Of a stretch of 28,359 bases of DNA, positions 10,199 to 18,865 are shown one piece after another. The translations under genes were made by a program, and so were the position numbers. Positions within the stretch are counted from its first letter, which is position 1; each line of letters begins with the position of its first letter. The notes under the pieces are model-generated. The model was not told where the DNA came from and made no database searches. It saw only the letters and a list, made by a program, of their open reading frames with translations. The DNA is from a virus. The stretch is taken from the UHGV virus genome UHGV-0141068. One strand, written 5' to 3'.

Positions 10199-10423
10199 TT
10201 ATTCTTTGCTGATTGCTTTCTGAATGGCATCGGCTAATGGTTCAATTAAGCCAATAGCTGCTTTTAATTCCTGTTCAAATTTTGCACTTGTAGCCTGACC
10301 ACCTGCAGAAGAAAGTGAGGCCTTAACTAATTCAAGGGCAGCTTGAACAGCTATAACCCTCTGTTTTTGAGCTTGAGTTACAGGCTGAGCACCTATTCCT
10401 GAAGGGAAATAATTCTCTAACAT
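10199..10423 (-). CDS. hypothetical helical protein
   Basis: 74-aa ORF with GGAGG RBS, lower GC than flanking genes, no signal peptide. Confidence 0.4.
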   Translation of the reverse strand: MLENYFPSGIGAQPVTQAQKQRVIAVQAALELVKASLSSAGGQATSAKFEQELKAAIGLIEPLADAIQKAISKE

Positions 10424-10690
10424 TACAACCTCCGTATTAAAAAGTGAGGTTACACATTACCCTTAAGATTACTCTTAGTGAAGAGGTATCTCATAATTAT
10501 CACCCTTACCAATAACGCTTGATGAAATTTGTAATGGACTGGCTCTTATTTCAACGCAACCACTTACCGCGCGCCAGATGCTTAACCTCAAACATTAGCA
10601 ATGAGATGTTTAATCTGAATCCACTCCAGAAGTAATCACCACTCTGTCTACAGGGCCTGATGTGAAGGATGATGAGTAAAATTATCGCTA

Positions 10691-11152
10691 TCATCGAAGG
10701 CATTGCGTCCTGATGTACTCCTGCAGGTAGTTAACCTGTGCGGTTATCCTGTCGATTCCACTTCGGAGACGGTAATAATTGAGTTCAGCATCTGCTGTAA
10801 GTCCTGGGCTTTCTCCATCGCCCATGCCGCTGGCTCTGGTCGTTGATTTTGCACAGGTGGCGGCGACTTGCAGGCGCTTACGCCCAGAAGAAACATCAGC
10901 ACGGAGACTTTCGATAGTCGCGTTAGCATCAGCAAGCTCCTTTGTGTATCTGGCGTCAAGTTCTGCTACGTCACGTTGACGCTTCTGCATATCAGAGATA
11001 GTCGCCATAGCCGAATCTAATGCCATAGCATTCTCATCACGCTGCTTTTTGTATTCGATGGCTTTGCTGTGGTAATAATTTGCTGAACAGATAAAAGAAC
11101 CAATGACAGTAACGAAGAATGCAGCGATAACCAGCTTATAGCTCAACTTCAT
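10691..11152 (-). CDS. Rz: i-spanin Rz
   Basis: 153 aa with N-terminal TM segment then coiled-coil periplasmic domain; overlaps endolysin stop. Confidence 0.85.
   Translation of the reverse strand: MKLSYKLVIAAFFVTVIGSFICSANYYHSKAIEYKKQRDENAMALDSAMATISDMQKRQRDVAELDARYTKELADANATIESLRADVSSGRKRLQVAATCAKSTTRASGMGDGESPGLTADAELNYYRLRSGIDRITAQVNYLQEYIRTQCLR
10744..10929 (-). CDS. Rz1: o-spanin Rz1 lipoprotein, embedded in Rz
   Basis: +1-frame ORF inside Rz; signal peptide with lipobox (LLGVSAC) and proline-rich mature part; start taken at internal Met. Confidence 0.7.
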   Translation of the reverse strand: MLTRLSKVSVLMFLLGVSACKSPPPVQNQRPEPAAWAMEKAQDLQQMLNSIITVSEVESTG

Positions 11153-11612
11153 TTACCACCCCGCCAGCCTCTTTGAATCGGGCAATCAGGTCACCGATTT
11201 TATGTTCATACTGACCGTAACCAGCGCCCGGCAGTGAAGCCCAGATATTGCTGCAACGATCGATAGCCTGACGAATATCGCCGCGATCAATCATCGGTAA
11301 AGCGCCACGCTCTTTAATCTGCTGCAATGCCACAGCATCCTGGCTTTTTGGAGAGAAGTCTTTCAGCCCAAGCTGCTTGCGGTAAGCATCCCACCAGCGT
11401 GAAAGAAGTTGATAACGGCCTGCAGCTGTTGATTTGAGTTTGGGGTTTAGCGTGACAAGTTTGCGAGGGTGATCGGAGTAATCAGTGAAGAGTTCACCAC
11501 CGACAATAATATCATAACCGTGGTTACGTGTCGGTTGTCGCCCGTTATCCGTTCCTTCTGACCATGCCACCATATCGAGGAAAGCTTTACGCTGAGGATT
11601 AAGATTTTGCAT
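11136..11612 (-). CDS. R: lambda R-type endolysin (lytic transglycosylase)
   Basis: 158 aa; NQRKAFLDM.AWSEGTDNGRQ.TRNHGYDVIVGGELFTDYSDHPRK region matches lambda R as recalled. Confidence 0.9.
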   Translation of the reverse strand: MQNLNPQRKAFLDMVAWSEGTDNGRQPTRNHGYDIIVGGELFTDYSDHPRKLVTLNPKLKSTAAGRYQLLSRWWDAYRKQLGLKDFSPKSQDAVALQQIKERGALPMIDRGDIRQAIDRCSNIWASLPGAGYGQYEHKIGDLIARFKEAGGVVNEVEL

Positions 11613-12003
11613 TTTTCACCCCTGTCAGTCGTTCCCAGAAGTACGTCAGTGCAACCGAACCCATCGCACCACTAATCCCCGCTGTCGCGAGAATCATGTA
11701 AATACTGAATCCACTTTCGATGCTGATCAGGCCACCAATAACACCGGTGAATCCTGATACCACTATCTGAGCCAGAGCATTTATCCAACACCACGTTGCT
11801 TTACTCTGCTTCACATCTATCAGGTAGCGGACCAGACCGCCCCAACCTGCGATGATCAGCAAAACGAGCCAGAACGCTCCAGCAAGATTCTCTTTTTCGT
11901 GCATATGAATAGCCGCAGTTTCGCCTCCGACAGAAAATCGGAGCGTGAAATGATATGTTGATTTATTATTAATTCGAAAATTACATTCTAATTCATCAGG
12001 CAT
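11599..12003 (-). CDS. putative holin (start codon uncertain)
   Basis: Three hydrophobic helices immediately upstream of and overlapping the endolysin gene; N-terminal 33 codons are AT-rich and lack an RBS, so real start may be Met at 11904. Confidence 0.55.
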   Translation of the reverse strand: MPDELECNFRINNKSTYHFTLRFSVGGETAAIHMHEKENLAGAFWLVLLIIAGWGGLVRYLIDVKQSKATWCWINALAQIVVSGFTGVIGGLISIESGFSIYMILATAGISGAMGSVALTYFWERLTGVKNAKS

Positions 12004-12021
12004 TGATGATTTTATAATAAT

Positions 12022-12044
12022 AAAGGCCGTTCGTTACGGCCTTT
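12022..12044. terminator. hairpin with flanking A/T runs (possible bidirectional terminator)
   Basis: AAAGGCCG-TTCGTTA-CGGCCTTT between the acidic moron gene and the holin ORF. Confidence 0.45.
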
Positions 12045-12055
12045 ATTATTGATAT

Positions 12056-12391
12056 TTATTTTACATCCCAAGGTAGTTCCTCAAGAGAGAAGACTAATTC
12101 ATTATCAATGATTTCGTATTCTGCATAACCTTCAACCTCTCCTGAGAAGTTATTGTCAACGCATCCTTCATAATAGCTATATGGTGCTATAAAGTGAAAC
12201 CCATATTCATCTATCTCTGTGATTTCAAAATTGTAGTAATCGTAAGAATATCGAATATCATCATCAGAAATAGAACTAAGTACATAGTTATTAAATTTAT
12301 CGGAATGCTTAACGATAAGCTCTGACAACGCGTCAAGATTCTCTGGAGAGATATTTCCTAACGGTAATCTGTACTCAACGGCATTAATCAT
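12056..12391 (-). CDS. highly acidic Tyr-rich hypothetical protein (moron between Q and holin)
   Basis: 111 aa, about 24 Asp/Glu versus 5 Lys/Arg, 12 Tyr; strong RBS AAGGAGG; AT-rich; first gene downstream of tR'. Confidence 0.55.
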   Translation of the reverse strand: MINAVEYRLPLGNISPENLDALSELIVKHSDKFNNYVLSSISDDDIRYSYDYYNFEITEIDEYGFHFIAPYSYYEGCVDNNFSGEVEGYAEYEIIDNELVFSLEELPWDVK

Positions 12392-12443
12392 ACAACCTCC
12401 TTTTTAACTGATATGAGGTTATATAATGTGTTTCAGTACAAGT

Positions 12444-12470
12444 AAATAAAAACCCGCTCAACAGCGGGTT
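12444..12470 (-). terminator. tR'-like terminator of the late leader
   Basis: AACCCGCT-CAAC-AGCGGGTT hairpin followed on minus strand by UUUUUAUUU. Confidence 0.65.
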
Positions 12471-12516
12471 CGTGAAAATTATCAACGGCAGACATACAAA
12501 GCCCATCGTTGAGAAA

Positions 12517-12545
12517 ATCTTATCCATATTTTTTGAAAAATGCAA
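12517..12545 (-). promoter_or_regulatory. PR'-like late promoter
   Basis: Minus-strand TTGCAT (-35, 12545..12540), 17-bp spacer, TAAGAT (-10, 12522..12517), located between Q stop and the tR' hairpin. Confidence 0.5.
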
Positions 12546-12576
12546 GCTTCATGTCGCCATCTTCGGCGAAAATCAC

Positions 12577-13329
12577 TTATCTCGTCACCTTTCTCAATTG
12601 CGTTTCAGCATATGCTTCTTCCTGCCAGCACTTTGTTACTAGTTTATCAATTACGTCTGCATATCCTTTGTACCACTGATAATCAGTCAGGTCTGGAACC
12701 AGCTTCTGGACATGACGTCGTGCCAGTGTAGTTGGTAAACGGCTAAACCGGTTTCCATTGCAACGCCCACAAATCTTATAAACAGGCGTGCCATGAAGCC
12801 GGGTCCTTTTTTCATCCAGGACAATACCTTTACCCTTACACCCTCTGCACGCTGTGCTGACTTCTCCCTTACCATGACAATGCTGACATAGTTCCTTCAC
12901 CCACTCTTCCTTGATAACAGATTCCCCGCTTCTGGAGTGTTTCACCACCTCGCGCAATACATTATGAAATCCAGTACCAGCACAATGCTCACAGCGAGCC
13001 TTACTTGCCGCAGACCTGGAATAATCAGCAAAGGCAAAATTCACAAGGTAAGGAATGATCTGTAGCCGGGTTTCTTCACTCAATTTATTCAATGTCGGGT
13101 TATCCAGTGCCATCGCGTAATTGAGCAGACCTTCAATCGCAAACTGAGGATCCTGAACACCAACTTTTGCCAGGAATAAGGCAAACCCAAGCGGTGCTTT
13201 CGACTGCACCATCCCCTGCGCAGCCATCACATCCGTAATCGTTAAACCACCAGAGCCTGTCGCCGGTGCGTCATCGCTCAGTTTTGGAGATTTCGGGGAG
13301 TAATATTTCGGTAAGGCTTCAAGGTTCAT
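12577..13329 (-). CDS. late antiterminator Q (Qin QuuQ-like type)
   Basis: 250 aa with four CxxCxGxG zinc-finger-like repeats; followed by promoter and terminator as expected for Q. Confidence 0.7.
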   Translation of the reverse strand: MNLEALPKYYSPKSPKLSDDAPATGSGGLTITDVMAAQGMVQSKAPLGFALFLAKVGVQDPQFAIEGLLNYAMALDNPTLNKLSEETRLQIIPYLVNFAFADYSRSAASKARCEHCAGTGFHNVLREVVKHSRSGESVIKEEWVKELCQHCHGKGEVSTACRGCKGKGIVLDEKRTRLHGTPVYKICGRCNGNRFSRLPTTLARRHVQKLVPDLTDYQWYKGYADVIDKLVTKCWQEEAYAETQLRKVTR

Positions 13330-13342
13330 GCTCGTTCTCCAC

Positions 13343-14338
13343 TTACGCCAGTACGCCTATTGCCAGCGCACGATCGATAAAACGAAATATCAGCTCCAGC
13401 TGGGAACCATACTTCTCTTCAAATGCCACGGTATCCGCATGCAGCTCGTCGTGATGCTTTCTGCACAAAGGCAACACAAAGAGGTCATGCGCTTTTGTAC
13501 CCATTCCCCCCTGACCGTGGCCTATCAGGTGGTGGGGATCATCAGCAGGCTTTCCACAACATGCACACGGCTGTGTCTTAACCCAGCGTGTGTACTTTTC
13601 ATTAACCCAGCGGCGACGTTTTGGGCGTAACATAAAAGACTCCGGCGACTCCGGATCCACTTTCAGCGCCAGCACCTTTTTCACCTTATCCTGGATGATG
13701 CTGGTGGCAGGAACCGAAGGCACAAGGTCACTTTCCCGGGTGACAGACGGCACAACAGGCTTCGGTAATCTCAGTGCCTTACGGGCTGCACTTTCCGGTA
13801 AGGCATCCGCCAGGTCATTACGAATCAGCCACCAGCACAGTTCCGGCATTGTCACAACGTGACTATCATCAAAACCGAGATCCCGACGCACAACAGACAA
13901 CACCCAGCGGGCACAGTTATCCGTTGCCATTGATTCCAGCCGTTCCGTGAACTGATCGCGCAGCTGGTTATCGCAGTGCCAGCACAGACGGATTGCGCCC
14001 GGCGCGTGTCGCATTGTTGTCATGTTCTCGCTGTGCCAGTCGGAATGAGGCCACTGGCAGCCTTTTTCACGAAGTAACCAGCTTTCAAGACATTCCACGC
14101 CACCAGCACGACGGATCACTGCCTCATTGCGGAACACGGCCCGAACGTCAGGATCATCCGCCAGCGGTTGTGATGCCGCCGGAACAGCACCACTGGCGAA
14201 AGATGAATAACGTTCCGGCTCAGGCTCCAGCAGGACACGCCCCTGCATAAACAGGGGCATCAGCTCTGAACCTGGTCTGAACAATACGATCCCCATACGC
14301 GGGGCAATTTCAGGGGTCAGTAGTGCTCTCACGGTCAC
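13343..14338 (-). CDS. DUF968-family prophage protein (YdfU-like)
   Basis: 331 aa with C-terminal Cys/His cluster (CACCGKP...HHLIGHG...CRKHH); adjacent to Q as in Qin-type prophages. Confidence 0.6.
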   Translation of the reverse strand: MTVRALLTPEIAPRMGIVLFRPGSELMPLFMQGRVLLEPEPERYSSFASGAVPAASQPLADDPDVRAVFRNEAVIRRAGGVECLESWLLREKGCQWPHSDWHSENMTTMRHAPGAIRLCWHCDNQLRDQFTERLESMATDNCARWVLSVVRRDLGFDDSHVVTMPELCWWLIRNDLADALPESAARKALRLPKPVVPSVTRESDLVPSVPATSIIQDKVKKVLALKVDPESPESFMLRPKRRRWVNEKYTRWVKTQPCACCGKPADDPHHLIGHGQGGMGTKAHDLFVLPLCRKHHDELHADTVAFEEKYGSQLELIFRFIDRALAIGVLA

Positions 14339-14339
14339 C

Positions 14340-15137
14340 TCAATGAACGGTATCGAGCAGCTTTAACAGCTCAGGGAATCGGGATTCGAAGAAATGCGGC
14401 TGCGTCTCACGCGGATTTGCGGGACTGGTGATATTCTTGCCGAACATGCAGCCTTTCGCTGTCAGCGACCAGAATTTTTTGATGTTGTTAATCGCTGTAC
14501 GGCTGTATCGTTCGCGCTGTTCGACGATCCCCAGCTTCGCCATCTGGTGATATGCCTGATTAGCCGTAAGGCGGATACCATACTGCTTCAGCAGTGCACT
14601 CAGTGACAGCGTGGGGCGGCTTGAGCCATCAGGCGCGTCAGCAGGAGCATCAATGGCATAGCGCGGTGCCAGATTCGGTAAGCCAACAGCCTCCTGAAGT
14701 TTCTGACAGGCTCCAAGCACTGAAGAGTTAGACAGATTTAACTCCCGGCGCATAAAGTCCAGCAGAATCACACCAGCCTGCATCTTGTCAGCAGCCTGTC
14801 CGGATAATTTTTCCGGTGCGCTGGTTACCATGTCGAAAGTACGGATCACCTTCAGATGGAATGACGGGCTGATCCACATTGCATAGGCATACACCAGTTC
14901 TTTGCAGACATACGTCCCCTGGTTATTTCCGCCACGAATAACGTTAACTGGCTCTATATTGACCGAGTTGCAAATCTGCAACTCGCTTATTAAACGCTCA
15001 GTTTGCTCATTGCGGAGCCAGAATGCAGGCTTATGCTTATCCAGAGAACCGGCAGCCCTGTGCAGATCGTTCAGGCTGTAACGCCCATAAGCATCACGAC
15101 GAACTTCAATACCATCAATGACCATCAGATTATTCAT
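14340..15137 (-). CDS. KilA-N domain protein
   Basis: N-terminal IDGIEVRRDAYGRYSLNDLHRAAG region typical of KilA-N; 265 aa. Confidence 0.65.
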   Translation of the reverse strand: MNNLMVIDGIEVRRDAYGRYSLNDLHRAAGSLDKHKPAFWLRNEQTERLISELQICNSVNIEPVNVIRGGNNQGTYVCKELVYAYAMWISPSFHLKVIRTFDMVTSAPEKLSGQAADKMQAGVILLDFMRRELNLSNSSVLGACQKLQEAVGLPNLAPRYAIDAPADAPDGSSRPTLSLSALLKQYGIRLTANQAYHQMAKLGIVEQRERYSRTAINNIKKFWSLTAKGCMFGKNITSPANPRETQPHFFESRFPELLKLLDTVH

Positions 15138-15156
15138 ACTTCGTTTCTCCTCTTAA

Positions 15157-15546
15157 TCAGGCGGCTGCACCCGCCGTTTTCTCGTACTTACTGATAGTGA
15201 TCTCGACCTTCCCTTCCGGGATAACCGGTCCCCACTCCACCAGCATTCTTTTCACCTGACTGTCGTCTTCCCACACACCCGCGTGGGTCAGGGCGTCAAA
15301 CAGCGCCTTGTTATAGTTGTCCAGATCGCGGATCCGGTTATCCGGAGGAAACAACACGATCTCCACTGAAGCAGGTGCCGACGTTGGTTTTGGCAGACGA
15401 CGTAACTGCTCAACTATTGCTGCACACGCCGCGCTCTGGAATTTGCGCCCCGCCGCGCTTATCAGGCTCTTACCTGCAAACGCCCCTTTGTTGGGGTGTC
15501 GCCAGTACGTGTTCACGCTGGGCGGGAAAGGCAGAATCAGCTTCAT
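15157..15546 (-). CDS. rusA: Holliday junction resolvase RusA
   Basis: 129 aa, MKLILPFPPSVNTYWR N-terminus and acidic catalytic region characteristic of RusA. Confidence 0.8.
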   Translation of the reverse strand: MKLILPFPPSVNTYWRHPNKGAFAGKSLISAAGRKFQSAACAAIVEQLRRLPKPTSAPASVEIVLFPPDNRIRDLDNYNKALFDALTHAGVWEDDSQVKRMLVEWGPVIPEGKVEITISKYEKTAGAAA

Positions 15547-15869
15547 ACTTTCAGACCCCTCTCATGTAACCAGTGGGCTGCACGCAGCCTGGCGTTTTCC
15601 TCACCGGCAAGCAGTGAGCGGATAATCCCGACCGCCTCGCTGTCGTCGTCCTTCACCGCGGTATGAAGCGTTATCCCCCGGGCCACACCACGCTTTATCG
15701 TGATGACGCCTTTTTTCTCCAGTGCGCGAAGATGCTCCACCGCTGCATTCACTGAACGATATCCCAGCATGGTTGCCACCTCCTGATTGGTTGGCGGAAA
15801 GCCACGCTCTTTCTGGTAAGAAATCAGCATATCCAGCACCTGCTGCTGGCATTGAGTTAACGTCGTCAT
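15543..15869 (-). CDS. LexA DNA-binding-domain protein lacking the S24 peptidase domain
   Basis: 108 aa; LTQCQQQVLDMLISY...PPTNQEVATMLGYRSVNAAVEHLRALEKKGVI mirrors the LexA N-terminal winged helix; no Ser/Lys protease domain follows. Confidence 0.65.
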   Translation of the reverse strand: MTTLTQCQQQVLDMLISYQKERGFPPTNQEVATMLGYRSVNAAVEHLRALEKKGVITIKRGVARGITLHTAVKDDDSEAVGIIRSLLAGEENARLRAAHWLHERGLKV

Positions 15870-16519
15870 GCCGCCATCTCCCTGACCAGTTTTTCCGCCT
15901 GCTGGCGAACCTGCGCCAGAAAGGCCTCACCACATGCCTCAAGTTCATCGCGCCCGATGTAGCTGATTGCCGGTCCCTTCCAGGTCTTGTCGAAAACAGC
16001 AATAGCACCAGCGAAGAAAGCGCCTGTCGGTACCTGCTTCTCGTCTTTCGGGATAAACCAGACAGGCAGTTCAAAACCAATACGCCCGCGAATAAAAGCA
16101 ATATGATCTGCATTTTCCGGCCACCACACTTCGCTGGTGGCAGCTTTGATCAGGAAAACATAGCGCCCGCCTTTATCACGCATGGCACTGGCATGCTTCA
16201 TGATGTAACGCATGCCGGTGATGTATTGCCCCTCATGCTGACTGGCGCGGCTGTATGGGGGATTACCAAAGGCAGCACCTTTAAGCTCCGCAAGACGTTC
16301 TGACCAGTCATGCGCCAGCGCGTTGTCTTCCGCCGTGTAATACGCGGCACATTTGGCGTTATCACCGTCAGTGAACAGATCCAGAACAAACGGGCCAAAC
16401 AGGGTGTTAATTCCCCAGAAAATGTTGTCCGGCGTGCGCCACTGATCGCCCACTTCCTTCAGTTCATGGGCTGGTTTGTTCCGCAGTTCCACCAGCGCCT
16501 GGCAATATTTATTACTCAT
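15866..16519 (-). CDS. phage DNA N6-adenine methyltransferase
   Basis: NPPY motif; start assigned to ATG at 16519 overlapping upstream stop (TAATG) rather than ORF-track start 16552. Confidence 0.8.
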   Translation of the reverse strand: MSNKYCQALVELRNKPAHELKEVGDQWRTPDNIFWGINTLFGPFVLDLFTDGDNAKCAAYYTAEDNALAHDWSERLAELKGAAFGNPPYSRASQHEGQYITGMRYIMKHASAMRDKGGRYVFLIKAATSEVWWPENADHIAFIRGRIGFELPVWFIPKDEKQVPTGAFFAGAIAVFDKTWKGPAISYIGRDELEACGEAFLAQVRQQAEKLVREMAA

Positions 16520-17013
16520 TAAGCCCCCACGTAATTCCCTGACAGATACCACTCTTCACCCGATGCAGCGCGCTTGCTGCTTTTCCGTAAGCACCGCTCA
16601 CGACGCGCCAGAAAATTGTTTCGCTCTTGCTGGGAGTGGCTTTCACGGAATGCCGCCATCCACACCGTTGCAGCACGACGGTATAAGCCCCTGGACTCCA
16701 GTTCTTCCGCCTGGCGGGTCAGGCACAAAATCTCCCGCGGGTCGTTAGTGCCGACATAGAAATTGCGCACAGGTCTGGTTTCACGAACTGGTTGCGGTTC
16801 CGCCTCCTGCGCTCTCTCAGTCAGGCGCGGGAAATGTCTGCGTGTATCCCCTTCACAACGGTGAGCCACACGACCACTCTGACGTAACTTGCTTGCTGAC
16901 TGCAGAACGCGCTGCCGTGAGTAACCTGCAAAAGCATCCGCAATGTCTCCGGAAGTACACCCCGGATGGGCTTCAATGTATTTCTGAACTTCATTCAAAA
17001 GACTCATGATCAC
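16519..17013 (-). CDS. PerC-like transcriptional regulator domain protein
   Basis: C-terminal LESRGLYRRAATVWMAA resembles the PerC family signature; N-terminal part HTH-like. Confidence 0.45.
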   Translation of the reverse strand: MIMSLLNEVQKYIEAHPGCTSGDIADAFAGYSRQRVLQSASKLRQSGRVAHRCEGDTRRHFPRLTERAQEAEPQPVRETRPVRNFYVGTNDPREILCLTRQAEELESRGLYRRAATVWMAAFRESHSQQERNNFLARRERCLRKSSKRAASGEEWYLSGNYVGA

Positions 17014-17951
17014 CCCCTGAATCCTGCCGGGATCTGGCTGTAGTCCACGTTGTCGTAACTGGCTTTGAAGTACGGGTCTTCGCGTTTTTCGGTGTACGTG
17101 CTGACGGACGGCGATAAGCGCAGGGAAAGCTCATCCCATTTTTCCCGCAGCTTCGACGGGCTGAGCACGTTACGGCACCAGAACGGATCGCGGCTGACGC
17201 GGCTGTACATCTCGCAGATTTGTTTGTGAGTACGACCATCCTGCACACACATCAGGCGAATTTCGTTTGCCCAGGCTGTCCAGTTCGGTTCTTTGGGACG
17301 AACCACCTCGCCGTCACATTCGGCGGCCTGCTCGTACAGGGCGATGATTTTTTTCCAGAGCCACTGTGCGCAGGTCAAATCATCCTGCGTTCCCCACTGG
17401 CGCTTTTTAGGGCTGAATACAACCGCATCAGGATGGCGAGTTAAAAACTCCTGTTCAGCCGTCTGCGTGTCCGGTTGCGAAGCGTCCGGACGAGAAGTTT
17501 TTTTATCTGACGGATCATGTTTTGATTTTACTGACGGATCCCCGCCAGATTCTGACGGGTGAAAACCCGCTTTTTTGCCAGATTTCGACGCATCAAATTT
17601 TGACGGGTCAGATTTTGATGCGTCAGATTTTGACGGGTCAGAATCTGACAGTTGAGAAAATGCCGCTGCCTGAAGCTTCGCAACGTTAAGCTGATAAACA
17701 TTCGACGCATTGCGGTTACCCTGGCGACGCGCCTTACGCGTTAACCAGCCTTCTGCTTCCAGCCGTGCGATAGCCGTTCTGACGGTACTCATCCCCGCGC
17801 CAATCTGACGGGCAATGGTTTCAATTGATGGCCAGCACACACCTTCGTCATTACTGAAATCAGCCAGGCGGGCCATAATTGCCACGCTGGATAATTTCAT
17901 GCCTGACGCAGCGCAACCATCCCATACATAGCCGGTTAATTTAGTGCTCAT
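17010..17951 (-). CDS. phage replication initiation protein (N-terminal HTH, DnaT-like C-terminal region)
   Basis: 313 aa; winged-helix N-terminus, low-complexity SKSD/DPSK centre encoded by iterons, conserved C-terminal region. Confidence 0.65.
   Translation of the reverse strand: MSTKLTGYVWDGCAASGMKLSSVAIMARLADFSNDEGVCWPSIETIARQIGAGMSTVRTAIARLEAEGWLTRKARRQGNRNASNVYQLNVAKLQAAAFSQLSDSDPSKSDASKSDPSKFDASKSGKKAGFHPSESGGDPSVKSKHDPSDKKTSRPDASQPDTQTAEQEFLTRHPDAVVFSPKKRQWGTQDDLTCAQWLWKKIIALYEQAAECDGEVVRPKEPNWTAWANEIRLMCVQDGRTHKQICEMYSRVSRDPFWCRNVLSPSKLREKWDELSLRLSPSVSTYTEKREDPYFKASYDNVDYSQIPAGFRG
17500..17655. repeat. iteron array, putative prophage replication origin
   Basis: Eight copies of an AGATTTTGACGGGTC-like unit; last four are tandem at 15-bp period (17595-17654); located inside the replication gene. 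Confidence 0.6.
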
Positions 17952-18299
17952 GACCGACCTCTATTTCCCTGAATTTACGACGAAACTGTTCGAGCGGGCT
18001 GAAGCACTCATGCTCATAGTCTTCGCGGAGGTAGATAACCCGTTGTGTTTCCGGCTCCCAACGAATGACTCTGACGGGTACTCCGTAGTGATCTTTGAAC
18101 CAGCGGTTAACTTGTCGCAAAGGACTGTCTCCTTCTGCCGGTTGAAATCACCCACAGCCCACTCTGCAAAGCTGTGGGTTACAATTTCCCTGTCACCTGG
18201 TACATTCACTGCATAGCAATATTCCACCTTCGCTTTTCCACCCGGTACAGGAAGCGCAATCAGTTGCGAGCGACGGTAGTGTGTTGTTAAACTGTTCAT
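17941..18299 (-). pseudogene. hypothetical gene with apparent -1 frame disruption (or two overlapping small genes)
   Basis: Protein-like N-terminus in one frame (18299 down to about 18130), protein-like C-terminus ([37 protein letters not shown]...) in the -1 frame ending at 17941; frames switch near 18118-18150. Confidence 0.35.
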
Positions 18300-18865
18300 G
18301 CGTTAGTTTCTCCACAACCAGAAGCAATCGACGCCACGACGCCCGGAGCTGCACACTCGCGGGCGTCATTACTTTCTGAAATGCAAAAAATTTTGTAGAC
18401 AAGTGCTGCATGCTCCTGCAGCTTCGAAATTGAGAGATACAGCTCGTCGTTAATTGCTGTCTTCTCATGCGGTTCCACTACACCGTCTTCGATTGCTGAA
18501 CGAATCTGTTTTGAATAACTGCCGATCTGTTCAATGACTTCCAGCAGACGCTGGTTAATATCGGCGTTGTCCACATCCTCGACGTCAGGAAGAGACACAA
18601 AGACGCCATTTGCAGACTGCGCCACAGCATCAGCAATGAAGTGAGTGCCACCAGCACGCTGTAAAACCATTGCCCATCCCAGCGGGAAAATCTGATCGCC
18701 ATCTGCACGAAGGCGGTTGAATAAAGCGTTTTCTGTTACATCGAGCCAGTCAGCCGCTTCAGCGTAACCACCCGGCAACGCCGCGATAGTTTTTCTGACA
18801 GCTTTCACGTACCACTCAGGCTGTTTTTCTATTTTCCAGTGATGCTTACCCACGATTAGCCTCAT
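18296..18865 (-). CDS. CII-like regulatory protein (CP76 type)
   Basis: 189 aa; [34 protein letters not shown] region resembles CII-type HTH; sits directly after cro-like gene. Confidence 0.45.
   Translation of the reverse strand: MRLIVGKHHWKIEKQPEWYVKAVRKTIAALPGGYAEAADWLDVTENALFNRLRADGDQIFPLGWAMVLQRAGGTHFIADAVAQSANGVFVSLPDVEDVDNADINQRLLEVIEQIGSYSKQIRSAIEDGVVEPHEKTAINDELYLSISKLQEHAALVYKIFCISESNDARECAAPGVVASIASGCGETNA

Noticed and set aside
10199-10423. Interpreting the 74-aa ORF as a Bor-like lipoprotein
   Set aside because: No signal peptide or lipobox; kept only as hypothetical protein
15601-16303. ORFs 15601..16113 (-) and 15722..16303 (+) overlapping the methylase and LexA-domain genes
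   Set aside because: Alternate-frame and antisense ORFs with Arg-rich composition; the coupled gene chain RusA / LexA-like / Dam explains the region
17595-17654. Tandem 15-bp repeats considered as a CRISPR array or VNTR
   Set aside because: Too short, no spacers, lie in-frame within the replication gene; interpreted as origin iterons
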